Shown here: positions 9,714 through 20,251 of the stretch, in pieces
Layout of the letters: each line of letters starts with the position of its first letter
Numbering within the stretch: position 1 is the first letter of the stretch
Assembly: GCA_963717935.1 (NCBI GenBank)
Contig: CAVQXP010000004.1
Coordinates: 1,824,001-1,888,000 of the forward strand
DNA from: Candidatus Eiseniibacteriota bacterium
Lineage (GTDB): Bacteria; Eisenbacteria; RBG-16-71-46
Direction of reading: 5' to 3'
Length of the DNA: 64,000 nt
Program-made: the position numbers and the translations under genes
Notes under the pieces: generated by a model
Told to the model about the DNA's origin: nothing
Seen by the model: only the letters and a program-made list of their open reading frames with translations
Databases searched by the model: none

Positions 9714-12700
9714 GTGGCGACGCGGCCGGGACCGCCCTCTCGGGGGTCTGTGGCCGCGCGTCTTGTCGGGGTGCCCGTGCGTCCTGTCGTCGCTGTCGCG
9801 CTGCTGCTCGCCCTGCTGGCCCCGCCTGCCGCGCGGGCCCTCGAGTTGCCCGTGCACGACCTGCGGCGCGAGGTGCTGCGCGGGCCCGCGTACGTGGCCG
9901 ACCGCATCGAGGTCCGCCTGACGCCGGCGGCGGCAGCGCGCGCGCGGGTGGCCCGTGCGACGGGAGCGGTGGCCGCTGACCTCGCGCTCCCGCGCCTGGG
10001 GCTCGCCGCCCTGGACGCGGCGGCTGCGGAGCTGGGCGCCTGGTTCGAGCCCGAGTTCCGCGGCGAGACGCCGCCGCCCGCCGGTTCGGCGGATGCCGAC
10101 TTCACGGCGTTCTACGTCGCGCATCTGCCGGAGGGCGCGGACCTCGAGGGTGCGCTGGCGCGCCTGGGGGGGCTGGCCGACGTGCAGAGCGCGCAGCCCA
10201 TTGCGGTTCTGCCGCTGAGCGCGGCGCCGAACGACTCGCTGTGGAGCTCGTCGTGGTGGTACGAGCAACCCTCGGGGCACGACGTCCGCGCGCCCCAGGC
10301 GTGGGACGCCACCACCGGCGACACCTCGATCGTGGTCGCGATCCTCGACACGGGCGTGATCCCCTACCACCCGGACCTGGGCGGGACGGTGGCGGGGCTG
10401 GCGGGGCAGATCTGGACGAACTGGGTGGAGCAGGGCGGCGTCCCGGGCGTGGACGACGATGGCAACGGCTTCGTGGACGACACCTGGGGCTGGGACTTCG
10501 TGAGCCTGCCGAGCGGCACCAACGTGTCGTTCCTCGAGGACTGGCAGGACCAGGACAACGACCCCAACGACTACGCGGGCCACGGCACGCAGGTGGCCGG
10601 GATCGTGGGTGCGCTGACGGACAACGGCATCGGCGTGACGGGCACTGCCTGGCAGGTGCGACTCATGCCGCTGCGCATCGGCTGGGCGCAGAGCGGCTAC
10701 CCGCTCGGCCTGGTGGACATGTCCTTCGTCGCCCAGGCCGTGCGCTACGCCACGCGCATGCGGGCGGACGTGATCAACTGCTCGTTCGCGAGCAGCGATC
10801 TGAGCGGATTGGGGACGGCGCTCGACGCCGCGATCCGCGCGGGCGTGACGGTGATCGCCGCGGCCGGGAACAACTCCGCGCCCAGCTACATCGGCATGCG
10901 CGAGGACGTCATCGCGGTGGCCGGCACGGACGCGAGCGACCGGGTCGCGAGCTTCTCGACGGTGGGCCCCTGGGTGGACCTCGCGGCCCCGGGCGTGGAC
11001 ATCTTCTCCACCTTCGTCACGGTCGCGGCGGGTGCGAGCGACAGTCTGGATTTCCGCCAGCCGGGCTACAACGCACCGGCGGGGCTGGACGGCACGTCGT
11101 TCTCGGCTCCGCTGGTGGCGGGCGGAGCGGCTCTGCTCGAGGCCCGGCAGAAGGCGCTCGGTCGGCAGCCGCTGCCGCCGCGGGGCGTGCAACTGAGGCT
11201 GCGCGAGACGGCGGACGACATCTCGTCGCTCAACAGCGTCACCGGCTACGGCACCGGGCGGCTGAATCTGGAGCGGGCGCTGAACGATCGGCCGACCTCG
11301 ACCGCCTGGCGCGCGGCCGGGGTCGCGGTCGGCCCGGCGATCCCGATCCCGCTGAGCGGGCCGACCCGCAAGCTCGCCTGGGCGATGAGCAATGCGCAGC
11401 TCGTGATCCAGGACTGGCTCACCGGCGACACGCTCGCGCTCGCCACGCTGCCGGGTGTGCCGGCGCGCCAGCTGGCTGCCGCCGACCTGGGTGGCGGGCA
11501 CGGCGTGGGGCTGTTCGTGGGGACCAGGAACGGCCGGGTCGCTGGCTTCGACACCACGGGTGCCGCGCTGCCGGGGTTCCCGGTGAGCCCGGGCGGGGCT
11601 TCGTCGCTGGCGGGTGGCCCGGCGCTGGGTGACCTGGACGGCGACGGCGTGCTCGAGATCGTCTGTGGCGACAACGCAGGCAGGCTGTGCGCGTGGCACG
11701 CGGACGGCTCGGCGGTGGCGGGCTTCCCGGTCGAGACCGACCTCTCGGGCATCGGCTCCCCGATCGCGCTCACCGAACTCGACGGCCGGCCCGGGGTCGA
11801 GATCGTCGCGGCGACCCGGGGCGGCATGGTCTACGCGGTGAGCGGCGACGGGGCGTTCGTGCCGGGCTGGCCGGTGACGTTCGACCCCGACCCGCTGGCG
11901 CCGGTGGTGGCGCGCTTCGGGCGCGATACGGTCGTGCTGGTGGCGGCCGCCACGCAGCTCGTCGGGCTGCGTCCGGATGGCAGCGAGCGCTCGCGCTGGG
12001 CGCTGGGCTCCTACGTGGTGATGGATCCCGCGCTGGGGGACTTCGACAGGGATGGCACGGACGAGGTCGTGCTGGTGGCGGCCGCGCCCGGTCGGGTGCT
12101 CGTGCTGGATTCCACGGGCGTCGCGCCCGCGGGGCTGGGTTGGCCGTTCACGCTGACGGCGCTGCCGCAGGGCCCGCCGGTGCTCGGTCACCTCGAGGGA
12201 AGCGGTGCGCCGGGGGTCGTGTTCATGCAGGCCAGCGGGCTCGTGGCGCTCACCGACAGCGCGAAGGCGCTGGCCCTCTTCCCGAAGCCCGGCGGGGCCG
12301 GGGCGTCCCCGACGCTGGCGGATCTCAGCGGCGACGGCGCGATGAAGATCGCGGCGGGCTCGGGATCCGACTCGTTGCTCTACGTCTACGACGCGGGTGT
12401 GGGCAGCGCTGCGGCGGTGCCGCAGGCCTGGCCCATGCCGCGTGGCAACTTCGCCCGCACGGGCAGCCACCTGTACCTGTCGCCGGACGCGCTCCCGCCT
12501 GCCGCGATCGGCGACCTCGCGGCGGAGTTCAGCGCGCGCGACTCCGTCCGTCTGAGCTGGACGGCGCCGGGGGACGACGGCGCGACCGGGCGGGCGGCGG
12601 CGTACGATCTGCGGCTCACGACGTTCGAGGCCTCGGTCGGAAGCGTGGACGCCGGCACCACGCGTGTCGACGCTCCCGCGCCCGAGACGGCCGGTGTGGG

Positions 12701-13100
12701 CGAGCGTGTCACGCTTCCCGCCGCCGGGCCCGGGGTGACGTGCTGGTACTGGCTGCGCACGAGCGACGCGGCGGGGAACACGAGCCGCTGCTCGAACATC
12801 GTCGGGCTCACCCGGCCGCCGGACCCCGAACCTCCCGCCGGCCTGACGCTGGCGGTGCGCCAGCGGCCCTCACGGGCGCCGGTCCTGCTCGACTGGAGCG
12901 GAGCGGACGCGACGCACATCCGGATCTACGACGTGTCGGGGCGGCGCGTGCGCACGCTGTGGCTGGCGTCGGGCGGGCGCGGGACGGCGACATGGGACGG
13001 CCGGGACGAGCGTGGACGCGTCGTCCCGGCCGGTCTCTATTTCGCGCGCCTGACTGGTGGCTCCCTCCACGCTCAAACGCGCATCGTGCTCCTTCCCTGA
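9714..13100 (+). CDS. Secreted S8 subtilase with FG-GAP repeats, FN3 and C-terminal FlgD-Ig/T9SS-like sorting domain
   Basis: Catalytic triad ILDTG / HGTQVAG / GTSFSAP; GDLDGDG repeats; C-terminal IYDVSGRRVRTL...WDGRDERG...PAGLYFARL. The true start is probably a slightly downstream GTG. Confidence 0.9.
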   Translation: MATRPGPPSRGSVAARLVGVPVRPVVAVALLLALLAPPAARALELPVHDLRREVLRGPAYVADRIEVRLTPAAAARARVARATGAVAADLALPRLGLAALDAAAAELGAWFEPEFRGETPPPAGSADADFTAFYVAHLPEGADLEGALARLGGLADVQSAQPIAVLPLSAAPNDSLWSSSWWYEQPSGHDVRAPQAWDATTGDTSIVVAILDTGVIPYHPDLGGTVAGLAGQIWTNWVEQGGVPGVDDDGNGFVDDTWGWDFVSLPSGTNVSFLEDWQDQDNDPNDYAGHGTQVAGIVGALTDNGIGVTGTAWQVRLMPLRIGWAQSGYPLGLVDMSFVAQAVRYATRMRADVINCSFASSDLSGLGTALDAAIRAGVTVIAAAGNNSAPSYIGMREDVIAVAGTDASDRVASFSTVGPWVDLAAPGVDIFSTFVTVAAGASDSLDFRQPGYNAPAGLDGTSFSAPLVAGGAALLEARQKALGRQPLPPRGVQLRLRETADDISSLNSVTGYGTGRLNLERALNDRPTSTAWRAAGVAVGPAIPIPLSGPTRKLAWAMSNAQLVIQDWLTGDTLALATLPGVPARQLAAADLGGGHGVGLFVGTRNGRVAGFDTTGAALPGFPVSPGGASSLAGGPALGDLDGDGVLEIVCGDNAGRLCAWHADGSAVAGFPVETDLSGIGSPIALTELDGRPGVEIVAATRGGMVYAVSGDGAFVPGWPVTFDPDPLAPVVARFGRDTVVLVAAATQLVGLRPDGSERSRWALGSYVVMDPALGDFDRDGTDEVVLVAAAPGRVLVLDSTGVAPAGLGWPFTLTALPQGPPVLGHLEGSGAPGVVFMQASGLVALTDSAKALALFPKPGGAGASPTLADLSGDGAMKIAAGSGSDSLLYVYDAGVGSAAAVPQAWPMPRGNFARTGSHLYLSPDALPPAAIGDLAAEFSARDSVRLSWTAPGDDGATGRAAAYDLRLTTFEASVGSVDAGTTRVDAPAPETAGVGERVTLPAAGPGVTCWYWLRTSDAAGNTSRCSNIVGLTRPPDPEPPAGLTLAVRQRPSRAPVLLDWSGADATHIRIYDVSGRRVRTLWLASGGRGTATWDGRDERGRVVPAGLYFARLTGGSLHAQTRIVLLP

Positions 13101-13118
13101 AGCACGGTGTTCAGGCGG

Positions 13119-13583
13119 TTAGCGTCGGATCGGGATCCCGACGCCCTCGGAGTCCTGGCCGCCGCCCAGCTGCGGACCGACCGTGGCCTGCACGAGCGCG
13201 GACCACGCGCTCTTCACGCCCGTGGCCGACACCGTGCGCAGACGGTAGTAGAGCGTGGTCTGCACGGGCGCCCACGGCAGGGCGTAGTGCGTCGTGGCTG
13301 CGTTGGTCTCGCCGACGAGGGCGTACGCGCTCTCGTTCTCCGGACAGGGCAGGTACTGGTAGATCTCGTAGCCGGCGGCGTTGGCCGACGCACTCGGGGT
13401 CCACTGGAGAGCCGCGCTGCTGGTCGAGACGTTCGTGTCCGCGACGATCTGCGAGGGCGCTGCGGGCGCGGTCTGGTCGAGCGAGTCGAGCCCCGTGGGG
13501 GTTGAATTCGTGCCGCAACCGCTCAGCATCGCGGCCAGCGTGAGCGCGACCAGAATCGAAACGATGTGCCTGGGAGACTTCAC
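13119..13583 (-). CDS. Lipoprotein with fibronectin type III-like domain
   Basis: Lipobox LSGC; PAAP...LQW..S...AGYEIY...YYRLRTVS..G.KS FN3 pattern; AAGGAGGT RBS. Confidence 0.8.
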   Translation of the reverse strand: MKSPRHIVSILVALTLAAMLSGCGTNSTPTGLDSLDQTAPAAPSQIVADTNVSTSSAALQWTPSASANAAGYEIYQYLPCPENESAYALVGETNAATTHYALPWAPVQTTLYYRLRTVSATGVKSAWSALVQATVGPQLGGGQDSEGVGIPIRR

Positions 13584-13678
13584 GAGCGGACCTCCTTGTG
13601 CGACGACCGTATTCTTGGCTGGGGGGGACTCCCGAGCGGAGTCGGACTACGCCTGCTGCCACAGGCTCGCGTAGCGCA

Positions 13679-13694
13679 AGCAATCCGGGTGCCA
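13679..13694 (-). promoter_or_regulatory. Sigma54 (-24/-12) promoter of the FN3 lipoprotein
   Basis: TGGCAC-CCGGA-TTGCT, a consensus match. Candidate enhancer palindromes at 13753-13767 and 13792-13806. Confidence 0.8.
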
Positions 13695-13896
13695 AGCAGG
13701 CTCAACGCTCGCCTTGCGAGGGATATCCGGGGCGGGCCGGGCCCGGTGGTGCGTCGCGGTGTGCAAAGCCCATGGCCGGGCGACGCGCAAGAGTGCGGAA
13801 TGCAACAGGGGACCCTGCAGAGGGCAGGCTGGCCCGGCGTGCGTGGGGTCGTGGCGCGGATTCGCGCGCGCGGGCCTTTCGTGGTGAAGTAGGGGC

Positions 13897-15732
13897 ATGA
13901 GGAACGCGGGCAGGGTACGGGCGGTGAGGGGGGGGCGGCGCGCGTTCGCGGTGCTCGGCATCCTCCTGTCGGGCTGCCTGACCGGGGACGTGTGCGTGGC
14001 CCGGACGCAGGACACGCCCGTGGAGACGATGCGCGCGCCGCAGTACTTCCCGCCGGTGGAGCATCCGCCGCTCGACCCGCCGCTCCGGCTCTCGGGCAGC
14101 TTCGGCGAGTACCGCACCGGCCATTTCCACGCGGGGCTCGACTTCGCGACGGGCGGGCGGGTCGGCCGGCCGGTCTACGCTTCGCTCCCGGGAAGCGTGA
14201 CACGGGTGCGGGCCTCGGGGAGCGGCTACGGCCGCTCGGTCTACCTGCAGGCGGACGACGGGCGGCTCCTCGTCTACGCCCACCTCGACGCGTTCGACGA
14301 GCCGCTGGCCTCCTATGTGGCAGCGGTGCAGGACTCGGCCGGGGAGTACGAGCAGGATCTCTGGCCGGGCCCGCGGCGTTTCCGCATGAGGGCCGGGCAG
14401 CGCCTGGGCTGGAGCGGCCGCAGCGGCACGGGCGCGCCCCACCTGCATTTCGAGGTCCGCCGCGGTGATGTCGCCTACAACCCGCTGCTGGCAGGCGTGA
14501 GCGTGGAGGACGTGGCGGGGCCCGTCATCCGGCGCGTGGCGCTCGCGCCCGTGCAGTCGCGGGCGGACGCTTCGTGGGGGACCCGCCCGCAGGTGCTCGA
14601 GTGCACCGGGAGCGACACGGCGCTGATCACCGGCCGGGCACGGCTCGTCGTCGAGGCGGTGGACGCGCGCGCCGACGGCCGGCTGACGCTGGCGCCGTGG
14701 CGCGTGCTGCTGGAAGGCGATGGCGTCGAGGTCGAGTGTCGCTTCGACAGCGTCTCCTGGGCCGAGGGGATGAGCGAGGTCGACTTCGTCTACGACCGTG
14801 GGCGCGCGATGCCCGCGGGACGTCATGCGGTCGTGCTGGGGGCGCCGCCCGGTTTCCGGCCGGGCGTCCTGCGGGCCCGCGGGCCCGTGGAGGGCGGAGC
14901 CGGAGACCTGGCCCTGCCCTCGAGCGGCCGCCCGTTCACCGTGCGGCTGATCGTGCAGGATGTCGCGGGGCACACGGCTACCGAGACGCTGGCGCTCGGG
15001 CCCGCGCCCCCCGGGGGGCGCGGAGCGGTGGCGCCCGGGGGCATCTGGGTGGCCGCGGACTCCGCGGCGTCCGGTGTCGTGCCGGGGTTCGCCTGGAGCC
15101 TGTCGCCCGGCACGCTCTTCGAGGCCTCGCGCCTGTCCGCGGCCGACCTCGGGCGCCCGGAAGCGCCGGACGAGTTGAAGGCCCGCAGTCACGTCTTCGT
15201 GCTGGGGCCGCTGTTGACGCCGCTGCGCAGACCCCTGCGCGTGGGGATCGAGACGACGGGTGCTGGTCGCAGGCCGGCCGCCGGCGATGCGCGCGCGACG
15301 GCCAGGGAATCGACGGCGACCGCGCTCTACCGTGACACCGGGGACGGCTGGGAGTGGCTGGGCGCGGACTTCGAGCGAGGCGAGGGCTGGATCGGCGCCG
15401 AGACGCGCTCACTCGGGCGCTTCGCGCTCTTCCGCGACACCGCGGCGCCGCGAGTCCGGCTGTTGCCGCCGTCGCGCGTGGCAGGGGTCGGTCCCCGGGT
15501 GCGCTGGGCGCTCGAGGCCCGCGTCACGGAGGAGGGGAGCGGCGTGGACGCGCGCGCTTCGTACTTCGTCGTGGACGGCCGCCGCGTGCCGAGCGAATGG
15601 GACGGGGTCGTGAACACGCTGCGCTGGTGCCCGCTGCGCCCGCCCGCGAGCGGACGCCACGAACTCGAGATCGTGGTCACCGACCGTGCCCGGAACGTAC
15701 GCCGCCGCCACGGGGACTTTGTGCTAGATTAG
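13897..15732 (+). CDS. M23-family metallopeptidase
   Basis: SFGEYRTGHFHAGLDF (HxxxD), YAHL, APHLHFEVR (HxH). Confidence 0.88.
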   Translation: MRNAGRVRAVRGGRRAFAVLGILLSGCLTGDVCVARTQDTPVETMRAPQYFPPVEHPPLDPPLRLSGSFGEYRTGHFHAGLDFATGGRVGRPVYASLPGSVTRVRASGSGYGRSVYLQADDGRLLVYAHLDAFDEPLASYVAAVQDSAGEYEQDLWPGPRRFRMRAGQRLGWSGRSGTGAPHLHFEVRRGDVAYNPLLAGVSVEDVAGPVIRRVALAPVQSRADASWGTRPQVLECTGSDTALITGRARLVVEAVDARADGRLTLAPWRVLLEGDGVEVECRFDSVSWAEGMSEVDFVYDRGRAMPAGRHAVVLGAPPGFRPGVLRARGPVEGGAGDLALPSSGRPFTVRLIVQDVAGHTATETLALGPAPPGGRGAVAPGGIWVAADSAASGVVPGFAWSLSPGTLFEASRLSAADLGRPEAPDELKARSHVFVLGPLLTPLRRPLRVGIETTGAGRRPAAGDARATARESTATALYRDTGDGWEWLGADFERGEGWIGAETRSLGRFALFRDTAAPRVRLLPPSRVAGVGPRVRWALEARVTEEGSGVDARASYFVVDGRRVPSEWDGVVNTLRWCPLRPPASGRHELEIVVTDRARNVRRRHGDFVLD

Positions 15733-15792
15733 GCCGCGAAGGGACTCGCGCGTGACCCGCGCGCCACGCAGGACCCTCAAACAGGGCGCGCA

Positions 15793-18700
15793 ATGAAGTT
15801 CGCCGACTTCGTCCACCTGCACAATCACAGCGACTACTCGCTGCTCGACGGCACCGTCACGGTCAAGGCGATGGTCGAGAAGGCGGCGCAGATGCGCATG
15901 CCCGCGCTCGCCCTCACCGACCACGGCGCCATGTTCGGTGCGGTCGAGTTCTACCAGGCGGCGAGCAAGGCCGGGATCAAGCCGATCGTCGGGATGGAGG
16001 CCTACGTCACGCGCGGCCGGCGCACGGAGCGCACGCGCGAGTCGGGGACGCACCACCTGATCCTGCTGGCGCGCAACGAGGCCGGCTTCCACAACCTGAT
16101 GCGGCTCTCCTCGCTCGCCTTCCTCGAGGGCTTCTACTACAAGCCCCGCGTGGATCACGAGTGCCTGGCCCAGCATGCGCAGGGACTGCTCGCGCTCTCG
16201 GCCTGCCCGCAGGGTGAGGTGGCGGCGGACCTGCTCGCGGACGACGACGAGGCGGCGGCGCGCACGGCGCTGCGCTACCGGGACATGTTCGGCGCGGAGA
16301 ATTACTTCCTCGAGATCATGAACCACGGGATCGAGATCGAGGACAAGATCCGCGGGCGCATGCGGACCCTCTCCTCGCGCACGGGCATCCCGCTGGTGGC
16401 GACCAACGACAACCACTACCTGGAGCGTGACCACGCCGAGGCGCAGGAGGTCCTGCTCTGCATCCAGACCGGGAAGACGATGGACGACCCGAAGCGGATG
16501 CGGAGCATCGAGAACCTGCACTTCCGCACGCCCGAGGAGATGCAGCAGGCTTTCGCCGACTTCCCCGACGCGCTGAAGAACACCATCTCGGTGGCGGAGC
16601 GCTGCAACCTGCAGCTGACCTTCGGCCGGCCGCTGTTGCCCGCATTCCCGCTGCCGGCGGGGGAGAGCAGCCCCGAGGACCACCTGCGCAAGCTCGCCTG
16701 GGCCGAGCTCAAGCCGCGCGTCCGCGAGGTCACGGAGGAGGTGCGCAAGCGCTTCGAGTACGAGCTCGACGTCATCTGCCGCATGGACTTCGCCTCGTAC
16801 TTCCTGATCGTGCGCGACTTCATCGCCTTCGCGCGCAGCCGTGGCATCGGCGTGGGGCCCGGGCGTGGCTCGGTGGCCGGCTCGCTGGTCGCCTACGCGC
16901 TGCACATCACCGACATCAATCCGCTGGAGCACGGGCTCATCTTCGAGCGCTTCCTGAACCCCGAGCGCGTGACGATGCCCGACATCGACATCGACTTCGA
17001 CGACCTGCGGCGTGGCGAGGTCATCGAATACGTGAAGCAGAAGTATGGCGAGGCGAACGTGACGCAGATCATCACCTTCGGCACCATGGGCGCGAAGGGG
17101 GTGGTGCGGGACGTGGGGCGCGCGCTGGGGATCGCCTTCGCGGACGTAGACCGGGTGGCGCGCATGGTGCCCGACGGGCTCGGGATGACCCTGGCGCGCG
17201 CGCTCGAGCTGTCGCCCGACCTGAAGAACCTGCCGCAGCGCGGCGAGCCGTACGCGCGGCTGCTCAAGAACGCGCGCGTGCTCGAGGGCATCGCCCGGCA
17301 CGCCTCGACCCACGCCGCGGGCGTGCTCATCACCCCGGGCGCGCTGCTCGACCACGTGCCGCTCTACCGGCAGCGCGACGAGTCGGTGACCACGCAGTGG
17401 GACATGAAGTCGGTGGAGAAGGTCGGGCTGCTGAAGATGGACTTCCTCGGCCTGCGCACGCTCTCGGTGCTCGATGAGGCGGTGCGCCTCATCGCCGAGA
17501 AGACCGGCGAGCGCCCGGACCTCTCTCGCCTGCCGATGGACGACGCGCCCGCCTACGGGATCTTCCAGAAGGCCGAGACGGTGGCCATCTTCCAGTTCGA
17601 GTCCACCGGCATGCGCGATCACCTGCGCAAGCTCAAGCCCACGGTGTTCGAGGACCTGGTGGCGATGAACGCGCTCTATCGCCCCGGGCCGATGGAGAAC
17701 ATCCCGTACTTCATCGACTGCAAGCACGGCAGGCAGGTGGTGCGCTACGAGCACCCGGCGCTCGAGCCCATCCTCAAGCGGACCTACGGCGTCTTCGTCT
17801 ACCAGGAACAGGTGATGGAGGCCGCCCACCGGCTGGCGGGCTTCTCGCTCGCGCAGGCCGACGAACTGCGGCGCGCGATGGGCAAGAAGCTCATCGCCGA
17901 GATGGAGAAGAAGCAGAAGGCCTTCCTCGAGGGCTGCGCGAAGAACAAGATCCCCGCGGCGAAGGCGCTGAAGATCTTCCAGACCATGGAGAAGTTCGCC
18001 GGCTACGGCTTCAACGCCTCCCACAGTGCGGCCTACGCGCTGATCGCCTACCAGTGCGCGTGGCTGAAGGCTCATCACCCGGCCGAGCTGATGGCCGCGA
18101 CCCTGACGAGCGAGATGTCGGACTCCAGCCGGATCGTGACGCTCATCGCCGAGTGCCGCCGCATGGAGATCGAGATCCTGCCGCCCGACGTGAACCGCTC
18201 GCAGTGGAGGTTCTCGCTCGAGGACGGGCGCATCCGCGTGGGGCTCGGTGCGGTGCGGAACGTCGGGCAGGCGGCGGTCGAGGGCCTGATCGCCGCGCGG
18301 GAGGGAGTGGCCGGGGCGCCCGCGCAGGCCGTGGCCGGTGCGGAAGCGGGCGGGCCCTTCCGCGACCTCTTCGACCTGGCCCGGCGCGTGGACATCCACA
18401 CGCTGAACCGGCGCGTGCTCGAGAGCCTGATCGCCGCGGGAGCCTGCGACGGGCTCGGCGCGGAGCGCGGGCGCATGTTCGCCGGTGCGGGCCGGGCACT
18501 CGACCAGGCGGCCTCGCTGCACCGCGACCGCCAGTGCGGGCAGTCGTCGCTCTTCGGCGACGAAGGCCGGCCGGACGGGGCGGTGGGGGCACCGGAGCTG
18601 CCTCCGGCTCCGGCCTGGTCGAGCCGCGAGCAGAGCGCGAAGGAGAAGGAGGTGCTGGGCCTGTACTTCTCGGAGCACCCGCTCGAACCGCTGCGCGCCC

Positions 18701-19266
18701 AGCTCGGGCGGCTTGCCACGCATGAGGTGGGCGACCTGATGCAGCAGCCGCATGGCACCGAGGTGCGGGTGGGTGGGCTCATCGGTGAGGTGCGCACGAT
18801 CAACACCCGCGCCGGGAAGCTCATGGCCGCGGTGGTGATCGAGGACCTGACGGGGCGGATCGAGGGTACGATGTTCCCGGACCTGTACGAGAGCGTGCGG
18901 GCCTGGCTGGTCGCGGACGAGATCGTGGTGATCTCGGGGCGGGTCGAGACCCGGGACGACCGCGGTGCGAAGCTGCTTCTGACGGACGTGCGCCGTCTGG
19001 AGGATGCCCGCGCGGCCTGGGCGCCGTGCCTGCACATCGAGGTGCGGGCGGAGGAGCTCTCGGTGAAATGGCTGGAAGAGGTGGACGAGGTGCTGTCATC
19101 CTGCCCGGGCGGCTCCGAGGTCTACCTGCACGTCATCATGCCCGACTTCTCGCGCAAGGCGAGGCGTTCGCGGCGGTATCGCGTGGCCGAGGACAGCACG
19201 GTGGCCGATTCGCTCCGGCACCGCTTCCCGGGCCTGCGCGCGTTCTGGGGAAAGGGGGCGTCGTGA
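15793..19266 (+). CDS. dnaE: DNA polymerase III alpha subunit
   Basis: VHLHNHSDYSLLDG PHP domain, GPGRGSVAGS, MPDIDIDF, FAGYGFN, C-terminal OB fold. Confidence 0.98.
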   Translation: MKFADFVHLHNHSDYSLLDGTVTVKAMVEKAAQMRMPALALTDHGAMFGAVEFYQAASKAGIKPIVGMEAYVTRGRRTERTRESGTHHLILLARNEAGFHNLMRLSSLAFLEGFYYKPRVDHECLAQHAQGLLALSACPQGEVAADLLADDDEAAARTALRYRDMFGAENYFLEIMNHGIEIEDKIRGRMRTLSSRTGIPLVATNDNHYLERDHAEAQEVLLCIQTGKTMDDPKRMRSIENLHFRTPEEMQQAFADFPDALKNTISVAERCNLQLTFGRPLLPAFPLPAGESSPEDHLRKLAWAELKPRVREVTEEVRKRFEYELDVICRMDFASYFLIVRDFIAFARSRGIGVGPGRGSVAGSLVAYALHITDINPLEHGLIFERFLNPERVTMPDIDIDFDDLRRGEVIEYVKQKYGEANVTQIITFGTMGAKGVVRDVGRALGIAFADVDRVARMVPDGLGMTLARALELSPDLKNLPQRGEPYARLLKNARVLEGIARHASTHAAGVLITPGALLDHVPLYRQRDESVTTQWDMKSVEKVGLLKMDFLGLRTLSVLDEAVRLIAEKTGERPDLSRLPMDDAPAYGIFQKAETVAIFQFESTGMRDHLRKLKPTVFEDLVAMNALYRPGPMENIPYFIDCKHGRQVVRYEHPALEPILKRTYGVFVYQEQVMEAAHRLAGFSLAQADELRRAMGKKLIAEMEKKQKAFLEGCAKNKIPAAKALKIFQTMEKFAGYGFNASHSAAYALIAYQCAWLKAHHPAELMAATLTSEMSDSSRIVTLIAECRRMEIEILPPDVNRSQWRFSLEDGRIRVGLGAVRNVGQAAVEGLIAAREGVAGAPAQAVAGAEAGGPFRDLFDLARRVDIHTLNRRVLESLIAAGACDGLGAERGRMFAGAGRALDQAASLHRDRQCGQSSLFGDEGRPDGAVGAPELPPAPAWSSREQSAKEKEVLGLYFSEHPLEPLRAQLGRLATHEVGDLMQQPHGTEVRVGGLIGEVRTINTRAGKLMAAVVIEDLTGRIEGTMFPDLYESVRAWLVADEIVVISGRVETRDDRGAKLLLTDVRRLEDARAAWAPCLHIEVRAEELSVKWLEEVDEVLSSCPGGSEVYLHVIMPDFSRKARRSRRYRVAEDSTVADSLRHRFPGLRAFWGKGAS

Positions 19267-20225
19267 CGACCTCGCTGGGGTTCGAGAAGCCGGTGCTCGA
19301 GCTGGAGCAGCGGATCCAGGAACTCAAGACGCGCGCCGCCGAGAGCGGGCTCGATGCGGGCGCCGAGCTGACGGAGCTCGAACGCAAGGCGGACGAACTG
19401 CGGCGCGAGATCTACGCCGGGCTCACGCCGTTCCAGCGGGTGCAACTGGCGAAGCACCCCAGGCGCCCGTTCAGCCTCGACTACATCCAGGCCTGCTTCA
19501 CCGACTGGACCGAGCTGGCCGGCGACCGCCACTTCGCGGACGACCCGGCGATGGTGACGGGACTCGCGCTGCTGGACGGTCGCCCGGTCATGATCGTGGG
19601 GCAGCAGAAGGGGCGCGACACCAAGGAGAACCTCCACCGCCGCTTCGGCATGTCGAACCCCGAGGGCTACCGCAAGGCGCTCCGCCTGATGAAGCTGGCC
19701 GAGCGCTTCTCGGTGCCGGTGGTCACGCTGGTGGACACCCCGGGCGCCTTTCCCGGGCTGGGGGCCGAGGAGCGCGGCCAGGCCGAGGCGATCGCGGTCA
19801 ACCTGCGCGAGATGGCGCGCCTGCGGGTGCCCATCGTCACGGTCGTCATCGGCGAGGGCGGTTCCGGCGGGGCACTGGGCATCGCCGTGGCGAACGTGGT
19901 GCTGATGTTCGAGAACTCGATCTACTCGGTGATCTCGCCCGAGGGCTGCGCGGCGATCCTGTGGCGCGACCGGGCGCGCGCGCCCGACGCCGCGGAGGCG
20001 CTCAAGCTCACCGCCACGGACCTGATGCGGCTCGAGGTCGTGGAAGGCGTGCTGCCGGAGCCCCTGGGCGGGGCGCACCGCGACCCGGCGGCCGCCGCGG
20101 CCACGCTCAAGGCCGCGCTGATCGCGCAGTTGGACGCGCTGGCGGTGCTGAGCCCGGATGAACTCGTCGAGCAGCGCCTGTCGAGATTCCGGCGCATGGG
20201 CGTCTATCGGGAGGCCGCCGGTTGA
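19263..20225 (+). CDS. accA: Acetyl-CoA carboxylase carboxyltransferase alpha
   Basis: FEKPVLEL, PEGYRKALRLM, IGEGGSGGAL, YSVISPEGCA; GTG start overlaps the dnaE stop. Confidence 0.97.
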   Translation: MTTSLGFEKPVLELEQRIQELKTRAAESGLDAGAELTELERKADELRREIYAGLTPFQRVQLAKHPRRPFSLDYIQACFTDWTELAGDRHFADDPAMVTGLALLDGRPVMIVGQQKGRDTKENLHRRFGMSNPEGYRKALRLMKLAERFSVPVVTLVDTPGAFPGLGAEERGQAEAIAVNLREMARLRVPIVTVVIGEGGSGGALGIAVANVVLMFENSIYSVISPEGCAAILWRDRARAPDAAEALKLTATDLMRLEVVEGVLPEPLGGAHRDPAAAAATLKAALIAQLDALAVLSPDELVEQRLSRFRRMGVYREAAG

Positions 20226-20251
20226 CCGGTGGAAAACGCGATTGCTAGACT
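20222..20251 (+). promoter_or_regulatory. Sigma70-type promoter upstream of trm112-porU
   Basis: TTGACC-N18-TAGACT with extended -10 TG. Confidence 0.6.

Noticed and set aside
15793..19266. Intein in DnaE
   Set aside because: Normal length (1157 aa) and no splicing motifs seen.
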